Part shown: positions 48,735 to 58,718 of the stretch, in pieces | Layout of the letters: every line of letters starts with the position of its first letter | Numbering within the stretch: the stretch's first letter is position 1 | Source of the DNA: a virus | Taxonomy: Duplodnaviria > Caudoviricetes | Virus record (IMG/VR): IMGVR_UViG_3300017913_001553 | Location: 1-64,000 of that record | Reading direction: 5' to 3' (one strand) | Length of the DNA: 64,000 nucleotides | Notes under the pieces: generated by a model | Database searches by the model: none | The model's input: the letters and a program-made list of their open reading frames with translations, nothing else | What the model was told of the DNA's origin: nothing | Translations under genes and position numbers: made by a program

Positions 48735-49019
48735 ATGGCAATGCAACAGTCAAGATTAGAGCGTGAAAATCTAGAGGCACACGTAGATTTGTGTGCAGAA
48801 AGGTATCGCGTTTTGGAAGAAAAATTTAATAGATTAGAGACAAAAGTAGATAATATTGCCGAAACAATGGGAAAAATGGCAGAGAAACAAGCAACAGATA
48901 AAGCAGCGGGTAACAAATTGGTAATTGGTGCGGCAGCAACCGTTATTGCGGGTTTGTTATCAACAATCGTTCTTCTTCTGTTAAATTTACAAACAGTCAC
49001 ACCTATGATGGGACAATAA
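48735..49019 (+). CDS. Coiled-coil protein with C-terminal TM helix (holin/XhlA-like, tentative)
   Basis: LEEKFNRLETKVDNI coiled coil followed by hydrophobic LVIGAAATVIAGLLSTIVLLLL; late promoter upstream. Confidence 0.5.
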   Translation: MAMQQSRLERENLEAHVDLCAERYRVLEEKFNRLETKVDNIAETMGKMAEKQATDKAAGNKLVIGAAATVIAGLLSTIVLLLLNLQTVTPMMGQ

Positions 49020-49023
49020 TTTG

Positions 49024-49314
49024 ATGAAGTTTCTTAATGAATCATATAATACAGTAATGTCGGAAAGCAAAGTAGTATTTGCTAGACGTGGCAAAACTGT
49101 AGCACGTAAATTTAGATGCACGGTTGGTAAACGTAAAGGTCGTGTGGTCTCAAGTCCACAGCAATGTGTTGCGCCAATTGATCTAAAGAAAAGATTTGTT
49201 ATGAAGAGAACAAAGGCATCGCAAGGTAAGCGTATGATGCGCAAAGCACAAAGAACGAAAAGAACAAATCCAGCAAGTAAAATTATTGCTAAATTAAACA
49301 GGGCGAGAAGATAA
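49024..49314 (+). CDS. Highly basic prohead core protein (gp68-like, tentative)
   Basis: LNE-S / MSE-S junctions, then an Arg/Lys-rich body ending RTKRTNPASK. Confidence 0.45.
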   Translation: MKFLNESYNTVMSESKVVFARRGKTVARKFRCTVGKRKGRVVSSPQQCVAPIDLKKRFVMKRTKASQGKRMMRKAQRTKRTNPASKIIAKLNRARR

Positions 49315-49790
49315 TGAAAATCCAAGGCGATTCAATTGTAGATACGGTTATTCAGTTTGCTAAACTACATTTCAATAAAAAACTTGAAGTAGAATATGTT
49401 AGTGATCAGATTAAAAAATTATCTTTTGCTAAAAACTTAGAATTGGTTGACAGCATTAAAAAAGACGATGTTGAAGATTTCCAAAATCTTATTTCACTTC
49501 CAGTAGAAGAAGGGTATGGTACAGATCAAACAGCAGGAGCAAGCAGAGCAACTGTGAGAGCAGCGACAAATTCTCAAAAAATTGCTGCTAGACGTGCTAA
49601 TATGACACGTGGTGGTGGAGCAAATAGAACCACAGCAGGCGCGGGTAATGTAAAACCAACTGGACAACGAACAGCGGTTGATCCCGATGATTCACAAAGA
49701 AACGCAAATAGTGATCAAATTAGTGCGAACACTGCAGAACTTAAAAGTATCGGAGATGTTGTTCGTAAAATTATTTCTAAAGGACGTTGA
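49314..49790 (+). CDS. Hypothetical protein
   Basis: 158 aa; VEE-G junction followed by a low-complexity basic tail. Confidence 0.5.
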   Translation: MKIQGDSIVDTVIQFAKLHFNKKLEVEYVSDQIKKLSFAKNLELVDSIKKDDVEDFQNLISLPVEEGYGTDQTAGASRATVRAATNSQKIAARRANMTRGGGANRTTAGAGNVKPTGQRTAVDPDDSQRNANSDQISANTAELKSIGDVVRKIISKGR

Positions 49791-49792
49791 AG

Positions 49793-50020
49793 ATGAAAGC
49801 AGTAGAAGCACCAGGCGGAATTTCTATATTTTTAACTAATGATGAGTTTAAGATGTGGGAAGCATTAGGCGAAGAGACGTGTAAATCCAATATGACTGAA
49901 CGACAGCAATATCTGGCACAATCTTTGGTAGATAGAGGTGTTGCTAAAAGAAATATCAAAGAAGGAAAGACATACTTTTTTAGAATTAAAAGTAGTCTTG
50001 GTGAATGTGGAAACCATTAA
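49793..50020 (+). CDS. Small hypothetical protein (winged-helix-like, tentative)
   Basis: LTNDEFKMW...MTERQQYLAQSLVDRGVAKR. Confidence 0.45.
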   Translation: MKAVEAPGGISIFLTNDEFKMWEALGEETCKSNMTERQQYLAQSLVDRGVAKRNIKEGKTYFFRIKSSLGECGNH

Positions 50021-50036
50021 TTAAGAGGATACAACA

Positions 50037-50624
50037 ATGCCAACACCAGAAGAAACAAAAGCAATGGCAGACATTCTGGAAAAGTTACAGAATGCTGAAC
50101 ATAGAGTACAACAAGAACCTACGATCAAAGAAGATGGTACAGTTTTTAATCCCAAAGTTAGTAATGACGCACAGGAAATGTACAATATTCTTAATAAACT
50201 TCAAAATGCTACAGAAAGCACGGCAAAAACGCTTGTCAAGGAAAGTGTTGATGTACAATCTTCTAATGAAAGTTTTGGTGTTGGTGGATTGAATGTTGTT
50301 CTTAACAAAACAACAGTTTATGGGTATAAAAAGACTTTCTATAACATTACTGAAAATGGTAAAGAACTATATTCAGATATTGCGCTATTTGAAAGCGCAA
50401 TGGCAATTGTTAAAAATATGCTAAACAAAAATGATCAAAATAGAACAAATAAAATCTTGGAATTAGATGCGTCATATGGAAATTATTTGTCAGAGGCGGC
50501 AGGTTATAAGCAGCGCACAAAAACAGTAACAGAATCTGTTAAGAAAGATGTTTATATGGCAAAGCATAATGTGGCATCTGATCGTATGAAAGCAATAAAG
50601 ACGAAAATTAAATCGTTCCTTTAA
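50037..50624 (+). CDS. Hypothetical protein
   Basis: 195 aa; GAGG SD; VKE-S junction. Confidence 0.55.
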   Translation: MPTPEETKAMADILEKLQNAEHRVQQEPTIKEDGTVFNPKVSNDAQEMYNILNKLQNATESTAKTLVKESVDVQSSNESFGVGGLNVVLNKTTVYGYKKTFYNITENGKELYSDIALFESAMAIVKNMLNKNDQNRTNKILELDASYGNYLSEAAGYKQRTKTVTESVKKDVYMAKHNVASDRMKAIKTKIKSFL

Positions 50625-50695
50625 AAATCATTTTTGTATAAATACATAATATATACAGATGTTATTAACATTTGAAAAATTATGAGGGTAAAAAA

Positions 50696-51454
50696 ATGAA
50701 TTTAACAGACTTAAAGGATGGTAGTTTTTCTAAATTAAACAGCACTCTTAAAGAAGTATTTGGTATTCAACTAGATTTCAACAAAGATGCAGGAAAACTA
50801 AAAGCAATTAAAGAATCAACAATTAGGCAAATCGAAAATCTAAGAGATAATGGCATCGATCAATCAAACAGAGATTTTCAAAAACTACTTCTAATTAAAG
50901 AAGGTTTAGATTATGCCATTGAAACGAAAGAAGAAGTTATGGAAACACAAGACCTAGACCAAGCAGAGGTTCTACTAGCAGCAAAACAAATGGCAGATGA
51001 TCTACAAAAAATGGCAGAAAATCTAGCAAGTATGCAGGTTGAAGAACTAATGAGTATCACAAACGCAATGAAAGACGAAGTTGGAACAGCAGAAGCAGAC
51101 GCATTTAACGCAGCAGCAGAAGCGGCAATTGGTGGCGCACTAGAAGCAGTTAAAGGTGCCAATGAAGCAGTTAATAACGCGGTTCTGGCAGCACAAGGTC
51201 AGAATGTAGAAACAGACATGGACATGGACATGGGCGGCGAAGAACCAGATATGGGTGGTGACGAAATCGAAATGGAACCAGAAATGGGTGATGATTTTGA
51301 AGGCGCAGATGCAGCAGACGAAATGTCAGATGAAGATGGTCGTGAAATGAAAGAAGATGCGTATCTAGCAGCATTGCGTATGATCAAGGAAGCGCAGCAG
51401 GATGGTAAAGTAAGCAAGGACCTTCTAAAGAAAGCATTTGGTACTTTAAAGTAA
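50696..51454 (+). CDS. Scaffold-like acidic coiled-coil protein
   Basis: TATAAATA upstream; VME-T junction, Ala-rich helix and DMDMDMGGEEPDMGG acidic linker. Confidence 0.5.
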   Translation: MNLTDLKDGSFSKLNSTLKEVFGIQLDFNKDAGKLKAIKESTIRQIENLRDNGIDQSNRDFQKLLLIKEGLDYAIETKEEVMETQDLDQAEVLLAAKQMADDLQKMAENLASMQVEELMSITNAMKDEVGTAEADAFNAAAEAAIGGALEAVKGANEAVNNAVLAAQGQNVETDMDMDMGGEEPDMGGDEIEMEPEMGDDFEGADAADEMSDEDGREMKEDAYLAALRMIKEAQQDGKVSKDLLKKAFGTLK

Positions 51455-51798
51455 TGAGAATTAATGATATCATAGCACCATTGTTTGAAAATGATGTAAA
51501 GTCAAGTATCATGGACATGCTGGTAACCCTCGCAGCAGAAGATATTGACAGTGTATCAATTGATTCAATTCAAAAAGAACTTTCTATCCAAGGATTGGAA
51601 GTTGATCCTGCTATGATATTTGATATTGCTGATAATATGGACATTGTTCAAAATATCAAAGATAACGTGGTGTTTTTTGTTACATCTTCTAAGAGTGGAC
51701 ATTATGGAATTCAAAATAAAGAAGGTGATCCTGAAAAGCAGGATAAAACAATTGATACATTAGCACGTAAGCAAGTTAAAAAAGAGATAAGCAAATGA
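51454..51798 (+). CDS. Hypothetical protein
   Basis: MRINDIIAPLFE-N N-terminus; overlaps the upstream stop. Confidence 0.55.
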   Translation: MRINDIIAPLFENDVKSSIMDMLVTLAAEDIDSVSIDSIQKELSIQGLEVDPAMIFDIADNMDIVQNIKDNVVFFVTSSKSGHYGIQNKEGDPEKQDKTIDTLARKQVKKEISK

Positions 51799-52409
51799 GT
51801 TTTGAGATTAATGCAGCACAAGCAAGAATGAAAAGTCGTAAAGACTTATATATTTTTGATGAGTGCCAGACTATCATGAGAGCAATTATTGCGGCATCTG
51901 AAAATAATGAATATGAAATCACTATATCAGATGGCACTGCGATGACTGAAAGTACTCCAGAGCGTAAGTTTGTTGGTAATGTTCAAAATCCTACTATTTC
52001 AGTAGGTGACACTCTTATTATAGATGGTAATACAATTTCTTTAGGGTCTACTGGAACAAATTTGAATAGTATTATTTGTGATATTAATGATGCGAATGTT
52101 GATGGTATTGTGGCATCAAAAGAAAATGGATACCTAGTTATCACTATCACTGCCAAACAAACAGAGTGGGTAACGGTCATTGAAAATGGTACGGCAAATT
52201 CTAGTGTTGGTTTTGTAAATGGAACGTATTCCATTGATTACCCAGAAAGTGTAAAATTTCATGATGTGTGGCAAGGTGTGGTGACGGATCGTGCGTTATT
52301 TAATCAGATGGATCAAGTTGTAAATTATTTTAGAAATCTTGGATATAAAATTGAGCGAGTGAGCAATACGCAAACGTCAAAAACATTTAGTTGGTATATA
52401 TATTGGTAA
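51795..52409 (+). CDS. Probable virion structural protein
   Basis: GDTLIIDG..ISL...LNSIICDIN.ANVDGIVAS..GYLVIT insertion domain typical of tail/baseplate proteins. Confidence 0.45.
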   Translation: MSFEINAAQARMKSRKDLYIFDECQTIMRAIIAASENNEYEITISDGTAMTESTPERKFVGNVQNPTISVGDTLIIDGNTISLGSTGTNLNSIICDINDANVDGIVASKENGYLVITITAKQTEWVTVIENGTANSSVGFVNGTYSIDYPESVKFHDVWQGVVTDRALFNQMDQVVNYFRNLGYKIERVSNTQTSKTFSWYIYW

Positions 52410-52413
52410 TTGT

Positions 52414-53232
52414 ATGAGTAAAAAAATAGCATTTATTGGAGATAGTTACTTCAGTATGGAAGAAGACTATTTCGAACAGAAAGATAATCCCAATAATTGG
52501 ACTTGGTTATTGGCAAAAAAATATCCCCAACATACATATTATAATTACTCAAAGGGCGGACAATCTATTGAGTATTTTCAAAGAGCGTTGGTTGACGCAA
52601 AAAAGAAAAAATGTGATATTGTATTTCTTGTAAAAAGATTTCCGGGAAGATTGTGGGTAGATTGGCAACCTATAGAAGAAAGAGATTTCGGTGGCACATG
52701 GAATCAAGCAGATGTGTCTCAATATGATCAAAATTTAAAATACTTTAATATGCTGCCGACTTTTAGCGGTTTTTGGTTAACACCAAGTGATACTGGATTT
52801 GGTGGGTCGAGTGGAATGGACTTTGATAAAAATAAAAAATTCGCAGAAGAATTTGCAAAATCTTATCGAACTTATATAGCACCTAGTGAACCAAGAACAA
52901 AATGGGAGTTAACGTGGTTAAATACGTCTCACAATATGTATAATTTTGAGAATCTATTTTTGGTAAATTGGAGTTATTCTCGCGCGGGCGGTTACAAGTA
53001 TCCAGATGAATTATATACAAATCTTCATAGTACAGTAGGAGATGTTTTATTTCGTCATTTTCCAGAGAACTGTATAACTGAAAATATGAGAAGAGATTGG
53101 ACAGAATCTTTATATCGTAGTGGATTGAGTTTGGCACTAGATGATGACCATCTCACAGATAGGGGTCATGAAATTGTGTGTGATGAACTTATTTTATCAG
53201 ATAAATCTGTATTAAAAGCATTATCTTCTTGA
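52414..53232 (+). CDS. SGNH/GDSL-family hydrolase
   Basis: Block I IAFIGDSY, block II NYSKGGQS, block V DDDHLTDRGH. Confidence 0.75.
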   Translation: MSKKIAFIGDSYFSMEEDYFEQKDNPNNWTWLLAKKYPQHTYYNYSKGGQSIEYFQRALVDAKKKKCDIVFLVKRFPGRLWVDWQPIEERDFGGTWNQADVSQYDQNLKYFNMLPTFSGFWLTPSDTGFGGSSGMDFDKNKKFAEEFAKSYRTYIAPSEPRTKWELTWLNTSHNMYNFENLFLVNWSYSRAGGYKYPDELYTNLHSTVGDVLFRHFPENCITENMRRDWTESLYRSGLSLALDDDHLTDRGHEIVCDELILSDKSVLKALSS

Positions 53233-53256
53233 CTTTTTATATCGAACTGATATAAT
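53229..53256 (+). promoter_or_regulatory. Sigma70-type promoter (leaderless)
   Basis: TTGACT-N16-TATAAT, 6 nt before ATG 53263. Confidence 0.7.
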
Positions 53257-53262
53257 ATAGTT

Positions 53263-53943
53263 ATGCCTAATATTACAAAACCTTTTGAGTACAAAGAACT
53301 ATCACGAAAATCGGTTGATGGTAAGCGACTCTATGAAAATCCTTGGGGCGATCCTGTTCCAAGTGTTACAACCATTCTTGATAAAACCAAACCACGCGAA
53401 AAGCGTGAAGCACTCTCTAATTGGAGAAAGCGTGTGGGTGAACAAGAAGCAACTAGAATTACTACCGAAGCAGCAAATGTTGGTACGGTAATGCATGCTA
53501 TCTTGGAACATTATGTTCTTGATCAAGAATACGATCCAGGAAACAATATCGTTCATAAGCAAGCAAAGAAAATGGCAGCAGAAGTCATTTCTAATATTGA
53601 TAGTAGTTTAGATGAAGTTTGGGGAGCAGAAGTTAATCTGTGTTCTCCTGGGTTATATGCTGGCACTGCAGACCTTGTTGGTGTGTGGAAGGGTAAGCCA
53701 ACTATCATGGACTTTAAGCAAACCAATAAACCTAAAAAGCGTGAATGGATTGAAGATTATTTTCTTCAAGGTGCTGCCTATGGAATGGCACACAATGAAT
53801 TATACAATACGGAAATTGAAAATATTGCGATCTTTATGTGTAGTAGAGCGGGTGAGTTTCAGTTGTTTGAAGTAACCAAAGATGAATTCCAAGATTGGGA
53901 ATTAAAATGGGCAAAACGACTACAAGAATACTATCAACTATGA
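53263..53943 (+). CDS. PD-(D/E)XK exonuclease
   Basis: PSVTTIL, GTVMHAILE, AEVNL, YAGTADL, IMDFKQT, YFLQ..AY. Confidence 0.85.
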   Translation: MPNITKPFEYKELSRKSVDGKRLYENPWGDPVPSVTTILDKTKPREKREALSNWRKRVGEQEATRITTEAANVGTVMHAILEHYVLDQEYDPGNNIVHKQAKKMAAEVISNIDSSLDEVWGAEVNLCSPGLYAGTADLVGVWKGKPTIMDFKQTNKPKKREWIEDYFLQGAAYGMAHNELYNTEIENIAIFMCSRAGEFQLFEVTKDEFQDWELKWAKRLQEYYQL

Positions 53944-53979
53944 TAAATACTAACATAATTTAATAAGAAAGTATTTGAT

Positions 53980-54738
53980 ATGGCAACAGAAATTAAAAGA
54001 CAACGTGTACGTCAGGGTAATTTTATTGACTTACCTAACCTAGCATCGGGCGAATTTGGATACGCAGTAGATCAGAATCGTCTATTCATTGGTAATACGG
54101 AAATCACGAAACATCAATCAACTGCAATGGTTGATGCTGATGGATTTATGGTCTTTAATTTTGGTGTTGACCTTGATAATAAAGATGGCACATTCACACT
54201 TTATAAACAAAGTGGTGATGATACAAATACAAGAACTATTGTACAGTCAGGTGAGTATGATATAGATAATCTTCAAATCAAGATAAAGCAAGGCAGCCAT
54301 CTTATTGAAACCCAATCATTAATTCTTGTTCACAATTCAGAGATTGGTGTAATTGGTGCTGACCAAGATCGTCCAGTTGAATTTAAAGAAATTCTCAATG
54401 GAGAAGGTGGAACACTTGTGCAGGTTTATGTAGATTCAACCAGATCGGATAATTACACAATTAATTATTCTATTAGAACACAGAGTGGCACGAGAATTAG
54501 AAATGGTGTTATGAAAATATTCGCATATGATATGGGAGAAACAGCAACAGAAAATAATTATACATTTGTTGAAGAGTTTTCGCAAAATATCTATCCACAT
54601 GATTCATTGGATATGCAATTTTCTATAAATCAAGTAGATGATACATTTATGATTGACTATACAGCAAATACATCTGAAGTAGATACGCAAATTACATTTG
54701 TTGTTGAACGCTATAAATCTAATGCGTATTCAATATGA
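53980..54738 (+). CDS. Virion protein with Mtd-like/hyaluronidase-type N-terminal domain
   Basis: RVRQG...LPNLASGEFGYAVDQNRLFIGN; late promoter upstream. Confidence 0.55.
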   Translation: MATEIKRQRVRQGNFIDLPNLASGEFGYAVDQNRLFIGNTEITKHQSTAMVDADGFMVFNFGVDLDNKDGTFTLYKQSGDDTNTRTIVQSGEYDIDNLQIKIKQGSHLIETQSLILVHNSEIGVIGADQDRPVEFKEILNGEGGTLVQVYVDSTRSDNYTINYSIRTQSGTRIRNGVMKIFAYDMGETATENNYTFVEEFSQNIYPHDSLDMQFSINQVDDTFMIDYTANTSEVDTQITFVVERYKSNAYSI

Positions 54739-55166
54739 GTTTCTGGCTACTAGATTCATCTTCTAGATTAGCAGATTTCAGAAACTTTAGAATAGAACTT
54801 TCTAAAATCTCCAAATTAGAAGAAAAACTACATATATTGGTAGAAAAATGGAAATACGTTCCTATTTCTTCCAGAATACTAGACCCATACTCTTCTCATG
54901 CGTGGCCATCGCCGTGGGAAATTCTTTATGAAAATAACTATGATGAAAACGCAATAGCATATATGATGGCTTGTATATTGGAAATGAGCGGAACTACAAG
55001 TGAAGTTTTATTTGTTGAAGATGATCAAAAAACTTTTCAAAAGTTAATTATTTTAGTTGACGACATCTATGTTTTGAATTATAGTTATGGGATAGTTGAA
55101 GACAAAAAAGTAATAAAAGAATGCAAGATATTAGAAAGTTGGAAGAGTTCTACAATTTTAAGTTAA
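54735..55166 (+). CDS. Hypothetical protein
   Basis: 143 aa; ATGA overlap with the upstream gene. Confidence 0.55.
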   Translation: MSFWLLDSSSRLADFRNFRIELSKISKLEEKLHILVEKWKYVPISSRILDPYSSHAWPSPWEILYENNYDENAIAYMMACILEMSGTTSEVLFVEDDQKTFQKLIILVDDIYVLNYSYGIVEDKKVIKECKILESWKSSTILS

Positions 55167-55268
55167 AACAGTAGTTTACATGAGAGACATTGACTTAAAT
55201 AGTTTCACGTTGGCACGAAAACCTCGACTAATAATATTCTCTAAGAAAAATAATAATAAGGTATACGT

Positions 55269-57572
55269 ATGACAAAAGAAATTTTTGTAACAAAAAGGGA
55301 TGGTTCAAAAGAACCCCTTGATTTAGAAAAACTACACAAAGTTGTTTTTTATGCTTGTGACGGTATTACTGGCGTTAGTGCAAGTGAAGTAGAACTAAAA
55401 TCACATATTCAATTTTATAATGGAATTACAACATCAGAAATTCAAGAAACACTGATTAAATCAGCAGCAGACTTGATCTCAGAAGAGACACCAAATTATC
55501 AATATGTTGGTGGTAGACTGATTAATTATCATCTACGAAAAGAAGTGTATGCATCTGCCACGCCATTACACCTACGTGAAATTGCACAAAAAAATATTGA
55601 TATGGGATATTATGATTCTCAGTTCTTTGAACTTTATTCTGATTCTGAAATTGATCAGTTGAACAGTTTTATTAAGCATAATCGTGATGAAAATATTACA
55701 TATGTGGGCATGGAACAATTTCGTGGTAAGTATCTAGTTCAGAACCGTGTGACAGGCACGATCTATGAGACACCACAGGTTGCGTATATGATGATTGCCG
55801 CAACTTTATTTTCAAACTATCCTAAAGAAACTCGCCTACGTTATGTTAAAGATTTTTATGATGCAGTAAGTAAATTTGACATCTCGCTTCCAACGCCAAT
55901 TATGGCTGGACTACGTACACCACAGCGTCAGTTTAGTAGTTGCGTTCTAATTGAGACAGGAGATTCCCTTGATTCGATTAATGCTACATCAAGCAGCATT
56001 GTTAAGTATGTTTCTCAAAAAGCAGGTATTGGTGTAGGCGCAGGTAGTATTCGTGCTATTGGATCACCAGTACGTAATGGTGATACATCTCATACAGGTG
56101 TGATTCCATTTTATAAGATGTTCCAAAGTGCTGTAAAATCATGTTCACAAGGTGGTGTGCGTGGTGGTGCGGCAACTCTATACTATCCGCTATGGCACTT
56201 GGAAGTTGAAGACCTACTTGTTCTAAAGAACAACAAGGGTACAGAGGATAACCGTGTCCGTCACTTAGACTATGGTGTTCAGTTTAATAAACTAATGTAT
56301 GAACGCTTGATTAAAGGCGAGAACATTACTTTATTCTCACCTAATGATGTTCCTGGATTATATGATGCGTTTTTTAATGACCAAGACAAGTTCCGTGAAT
56401 TATATGAGACAGCAGAGCGTAATACACGTTTGCGTAAAAAGAGTATTCCTGCTAGTGAACTATTCTCTATGTTTGTTGAAGAGCGTAAAAACACAGGTCG
56501 TGTTTACTTGATGAACGTAGATCATGCAAATACACACGGTGCGTTTGATGAAAAAGTAGCACCTATTCACCAATCAAACCTATGTTGCGAAATTGATCTG
56601 CCAACAAAACCACTAAATCATATTTTTGATGAAGAGGGTGAAATTTCATTGTGTACACTAGCAGCAATCAATTGGGGTAATATTAAAGAACCAAAAGATT
56701 TTGAAAAAGTATGCGATTTAGCAGTTCGTGGACTAGATGAACTTCTAGATTATCAAAACTATCCAGTGATCGCAGCAGAACTATCCACAATGAAACGCCG
56801 CCCACTTGGGATTGGTATTATCAACTTTGCTTATTGGTTGGCAAAAAATGATACATCATATCAAAACCCCAATTTGGAATTGATTGATGAATGGGCAGAA
56901 GCATGGTCATATTATTTGATTAAAGCAAGTGCTAACCTAGCAGTTGAAAAGGGAAACATCGAAGGTGCCCATGAAACAAAGTATGGTAAAGGTATTACGC
57001 CGAATATGACTTACAAGCAAGAACTTGATGAATTAGTTCCGCATATTGAGCGTCAGGATTGGAATAGTTTACGTATTCAACTTTCAGAAACTGGAATTCG
57101 TAACTCTACTCTAATGGCACTTATGCCTGCTGAAACATCAGCACAGATTTCAAACAGCACAAATGGTATTGAACCACCACGTGCGTTTGTTAGTGTCAAG
57201 CAGTCAAAGCACGGTGTACTAAAGCAAGTTGTTCCAGAATTTAAAAAATTAAAAAATAAATATGACCTATTATGGGATCAAAAATCTCCAGAAGGTTACT
57301 TGAAAATCATGGCAGTTCTACAAAAATACATCGATCAAGGAATTAGTGTTAATACAAGTTACAATCCAGAATTTTTTGAAGATGAGAAAATTCCACTTAG
57401 TGTTATGATTCAACATATTCTTATGTTCTACAAATATGGTGGTAAGCAGTTGTATTATTTTAATACATACGATGGTCAGGGCGAACTTGATTTTAATAAT
57501 GAAGAGGCATCTTTGCCATTGTCAGAAACGCCTAATGACGATGATGGTGCATGTGATGCGTGTGTAATATAA
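55269..57572 (+). CDS. nrdA: Class Ia ribonucleotide reductase alpha subunit with ATP cone
   Basis: VTKRDG ATP cone, PTPIM, QFSSC, QGGVRGG, SNLCCEI, CTLA, MPAETS, C-terminal CDACVI; no intein or intron seen. Confidence 0.97.
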   Translation: MTKEIFVTKRDGSKEPLDLEKLHKVVFYACDGITGVSASEVELKSHIQFYNGITTSEIQETLIKSAADLISEETPNYQYVGGRLINYHLRKEVYASATPLHLREIAQKNIDMGYYDSQFFELYSDSEIDQLNSFIKHNRDENITYVGMEQFRGKYLVQNRVTGTIYETPQVAYMMIAATLFSNYPKETRLRYVKDFYDAVSKFDISLPTPIMAGLRTPQRQFSSCVLIETGDSLDSINATSSSIVKYVSQKAGIGVGAGSIRAIGSPVRNGDTSHTGVIPFYKMFQSAVKSCSQGGVRGGAATLYYPLWHLEVEDLLVLKNNKGTEDNRVRHLDYGVQFNKLMYERLIKGENITLFSPNDVPGLYDAFFNDQDKFRELYETAERNTRLRKKSIPASELFSMFVEERKNTGRVYLMNVDHANTHGAFDEKVAPIHQSNLCCEIDLPTKPLNHIFDEEGEISLCTLAAINWGNIKEPKDFEKVCDLAVRGLDELLDYQNYPVIAAELSTMKRRPLGIGIINFAYWLAKNDTSYQNPNLELIDEWAEAWSYYLIKASANLAVEKGNIEGAHETKYGKGITPNMTYKQELDELVPHIERQDWNSLRIQLSETGIRNSTLMALMPAETSAQISNSTNGIEPPRAFVSVKQSKHGVLKQVVPEFKKLKNKYDLLWDQKSPEGYLKIMAVLQKYIDQGISVNTSYNPEFFEDEKIPLSVMIQHILMFYKYGGKQLYYFNTYDGQGELDFNNEEASLPLSETPNDDDGACDACVI

Positions 57573-57590
57573 AAATTGGAGATTTAGGGT

Positions 57591-58718
57591 ATGGCAGTTT
57601 TAAATACTGAAAATAAAAAACATCACACAGAAGCAATGGCATTTCTAGACGAAGGTCTGGGTATGCAGCGTTATGATGTTATGAAATATAAACAGTTTGA
57701 TAAATTGACAGAAAAGCAACTTGGCTTTTTCTGGCAACCACAAGAAGTGGATGTTAGCAAAGACAGTAAAGATTTTAAAAATCTTACTGAACATGAGCAG
57801 CATATTTTTACATCAAATTTAAAACGTCAAATTCTTCTTGATAGTGTTCAGGGTAGAAGTCCAAATTTGGCACTTTTGCCTATCACTACACTTCCAGAAC
57901 TCGAAACATGGATTGAAACATGGGCATTTAGTGAGACAATTCACTCACGCTCGTATACACATATTATTCGTAACATCTATTCGGACCCAAGTGTTGTTTT
58001 TGATACTATGTTGGATAATAAAGAAATCGTTGATTGTGCAGACGATATTTCAAAGTATTATGATGATCTAATTGAATATTCACAATACTATCAACTATTA
58101 GGCGAAGGTGAGCATACAGTAAATGGTAAAACAATTATTATTGATCGTCGTGAATTGAAAAAGAAAATCTGGATGTGTCTTAACAGTGTTAATGTACTAG
58201 AAGGTATCCGTTTCTACGTTTCATTTGCGTGTAGTTGGGCATTTGCTGAACTTAAAAAGATGGAAGGTAATGCTAAGATTATTAAATTCATCGCACGTGA
58301 TGAGAACGTTCACCTAGGTTCAACGCAATATATTCTGACAAAGGTACTTCCAAAAGAAGACCCAGAGTTTGCTGAAATCGCAAAAGAATGCGAACCAGAA
58401 ATTATCCAAATGTTTGTAGATGCGGTTGAACAAGAAAAGCAATGGGCAGAATATCTGTTCAAAGATGGATCAATGATTGGTCTAAATACAGAACTTCTAA
58501 ATAATTACATTGAGTGGATTTGTTGTAAGCGTATGACTGCACTTGGACTAAAATGCCCATACACTACACCACAGGCAAATCCTCTGCCATGGACGCAAAA
58601 GTGGATTAGTGGCGCAGAAGTTCAAGTAGCACCACAAGAAACAGAGATTTCATCATATGTTATTGGTGGTACTAAAAAAGATGTCAATGAAGACACATTT
58701 AAAGGATTTAGTTTATGA
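57591..58718 (+). CDS. nrdB: Class Ia ribonucleotide reductase beta subunit
   Basis: FFWQPQEV, LDSVQG, ETIHSRSY (tyrosyl radical), LEGIRF, RDENVH, PQETEISSY. Confidence 0.97.
   Translation: MAVLNTENKKHHTEAMAFLDEGLGMQRYDVMKYKQFDKLTEKQLGFFWQPQEVDVSKDSKDFKNLTEHEQHIFTSNLKRQILLDSVQGRSPNLALLPITTLPELETWIETWAFSETIHSRSYTHIIRNIYSDPSVVFDTMLDNKEIVDCADDISKYYDDLIEYSQYYQLLGEGEHTVNGKTIIIDRRELKKKIWMCLNSVNVLEGIRFYVSFACSWAFAELKKMEGNAKIIKFIARDENVHLGSTQYILTKVLPKEDPEFAEIAKECEPEIIQMFVDAVEQEKQWAEYLFKDGSMIGLNTELLNNYIEWICCKRMTALGLKCPYTTPQANPLPWTQKWISGAEVQVAPQETEISSYVIGGTKKDVNEDTFKGFSL

Noticed and set aside
53263-53943. Cas4-type CRISPR adaptation gene
   Set aside because: It lacks the four Fe-S cysteines of Cas4 and there is no array; it is an ordinary phage PD-(D/E)XK exonuclease.
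55167-55268. NrdR box upstream of nrdA
   Set aside because: No convincing match to the acaCwAtATaTwGtg consensus.
29238-58718. Inteins or group I introns in terL, uvsX, uvsW, helicase, nrdA or nrdB
   Set aside because: All have normal lengths and uninterrupted motifs; no HINT or homing-endonuclease signatures were seen.
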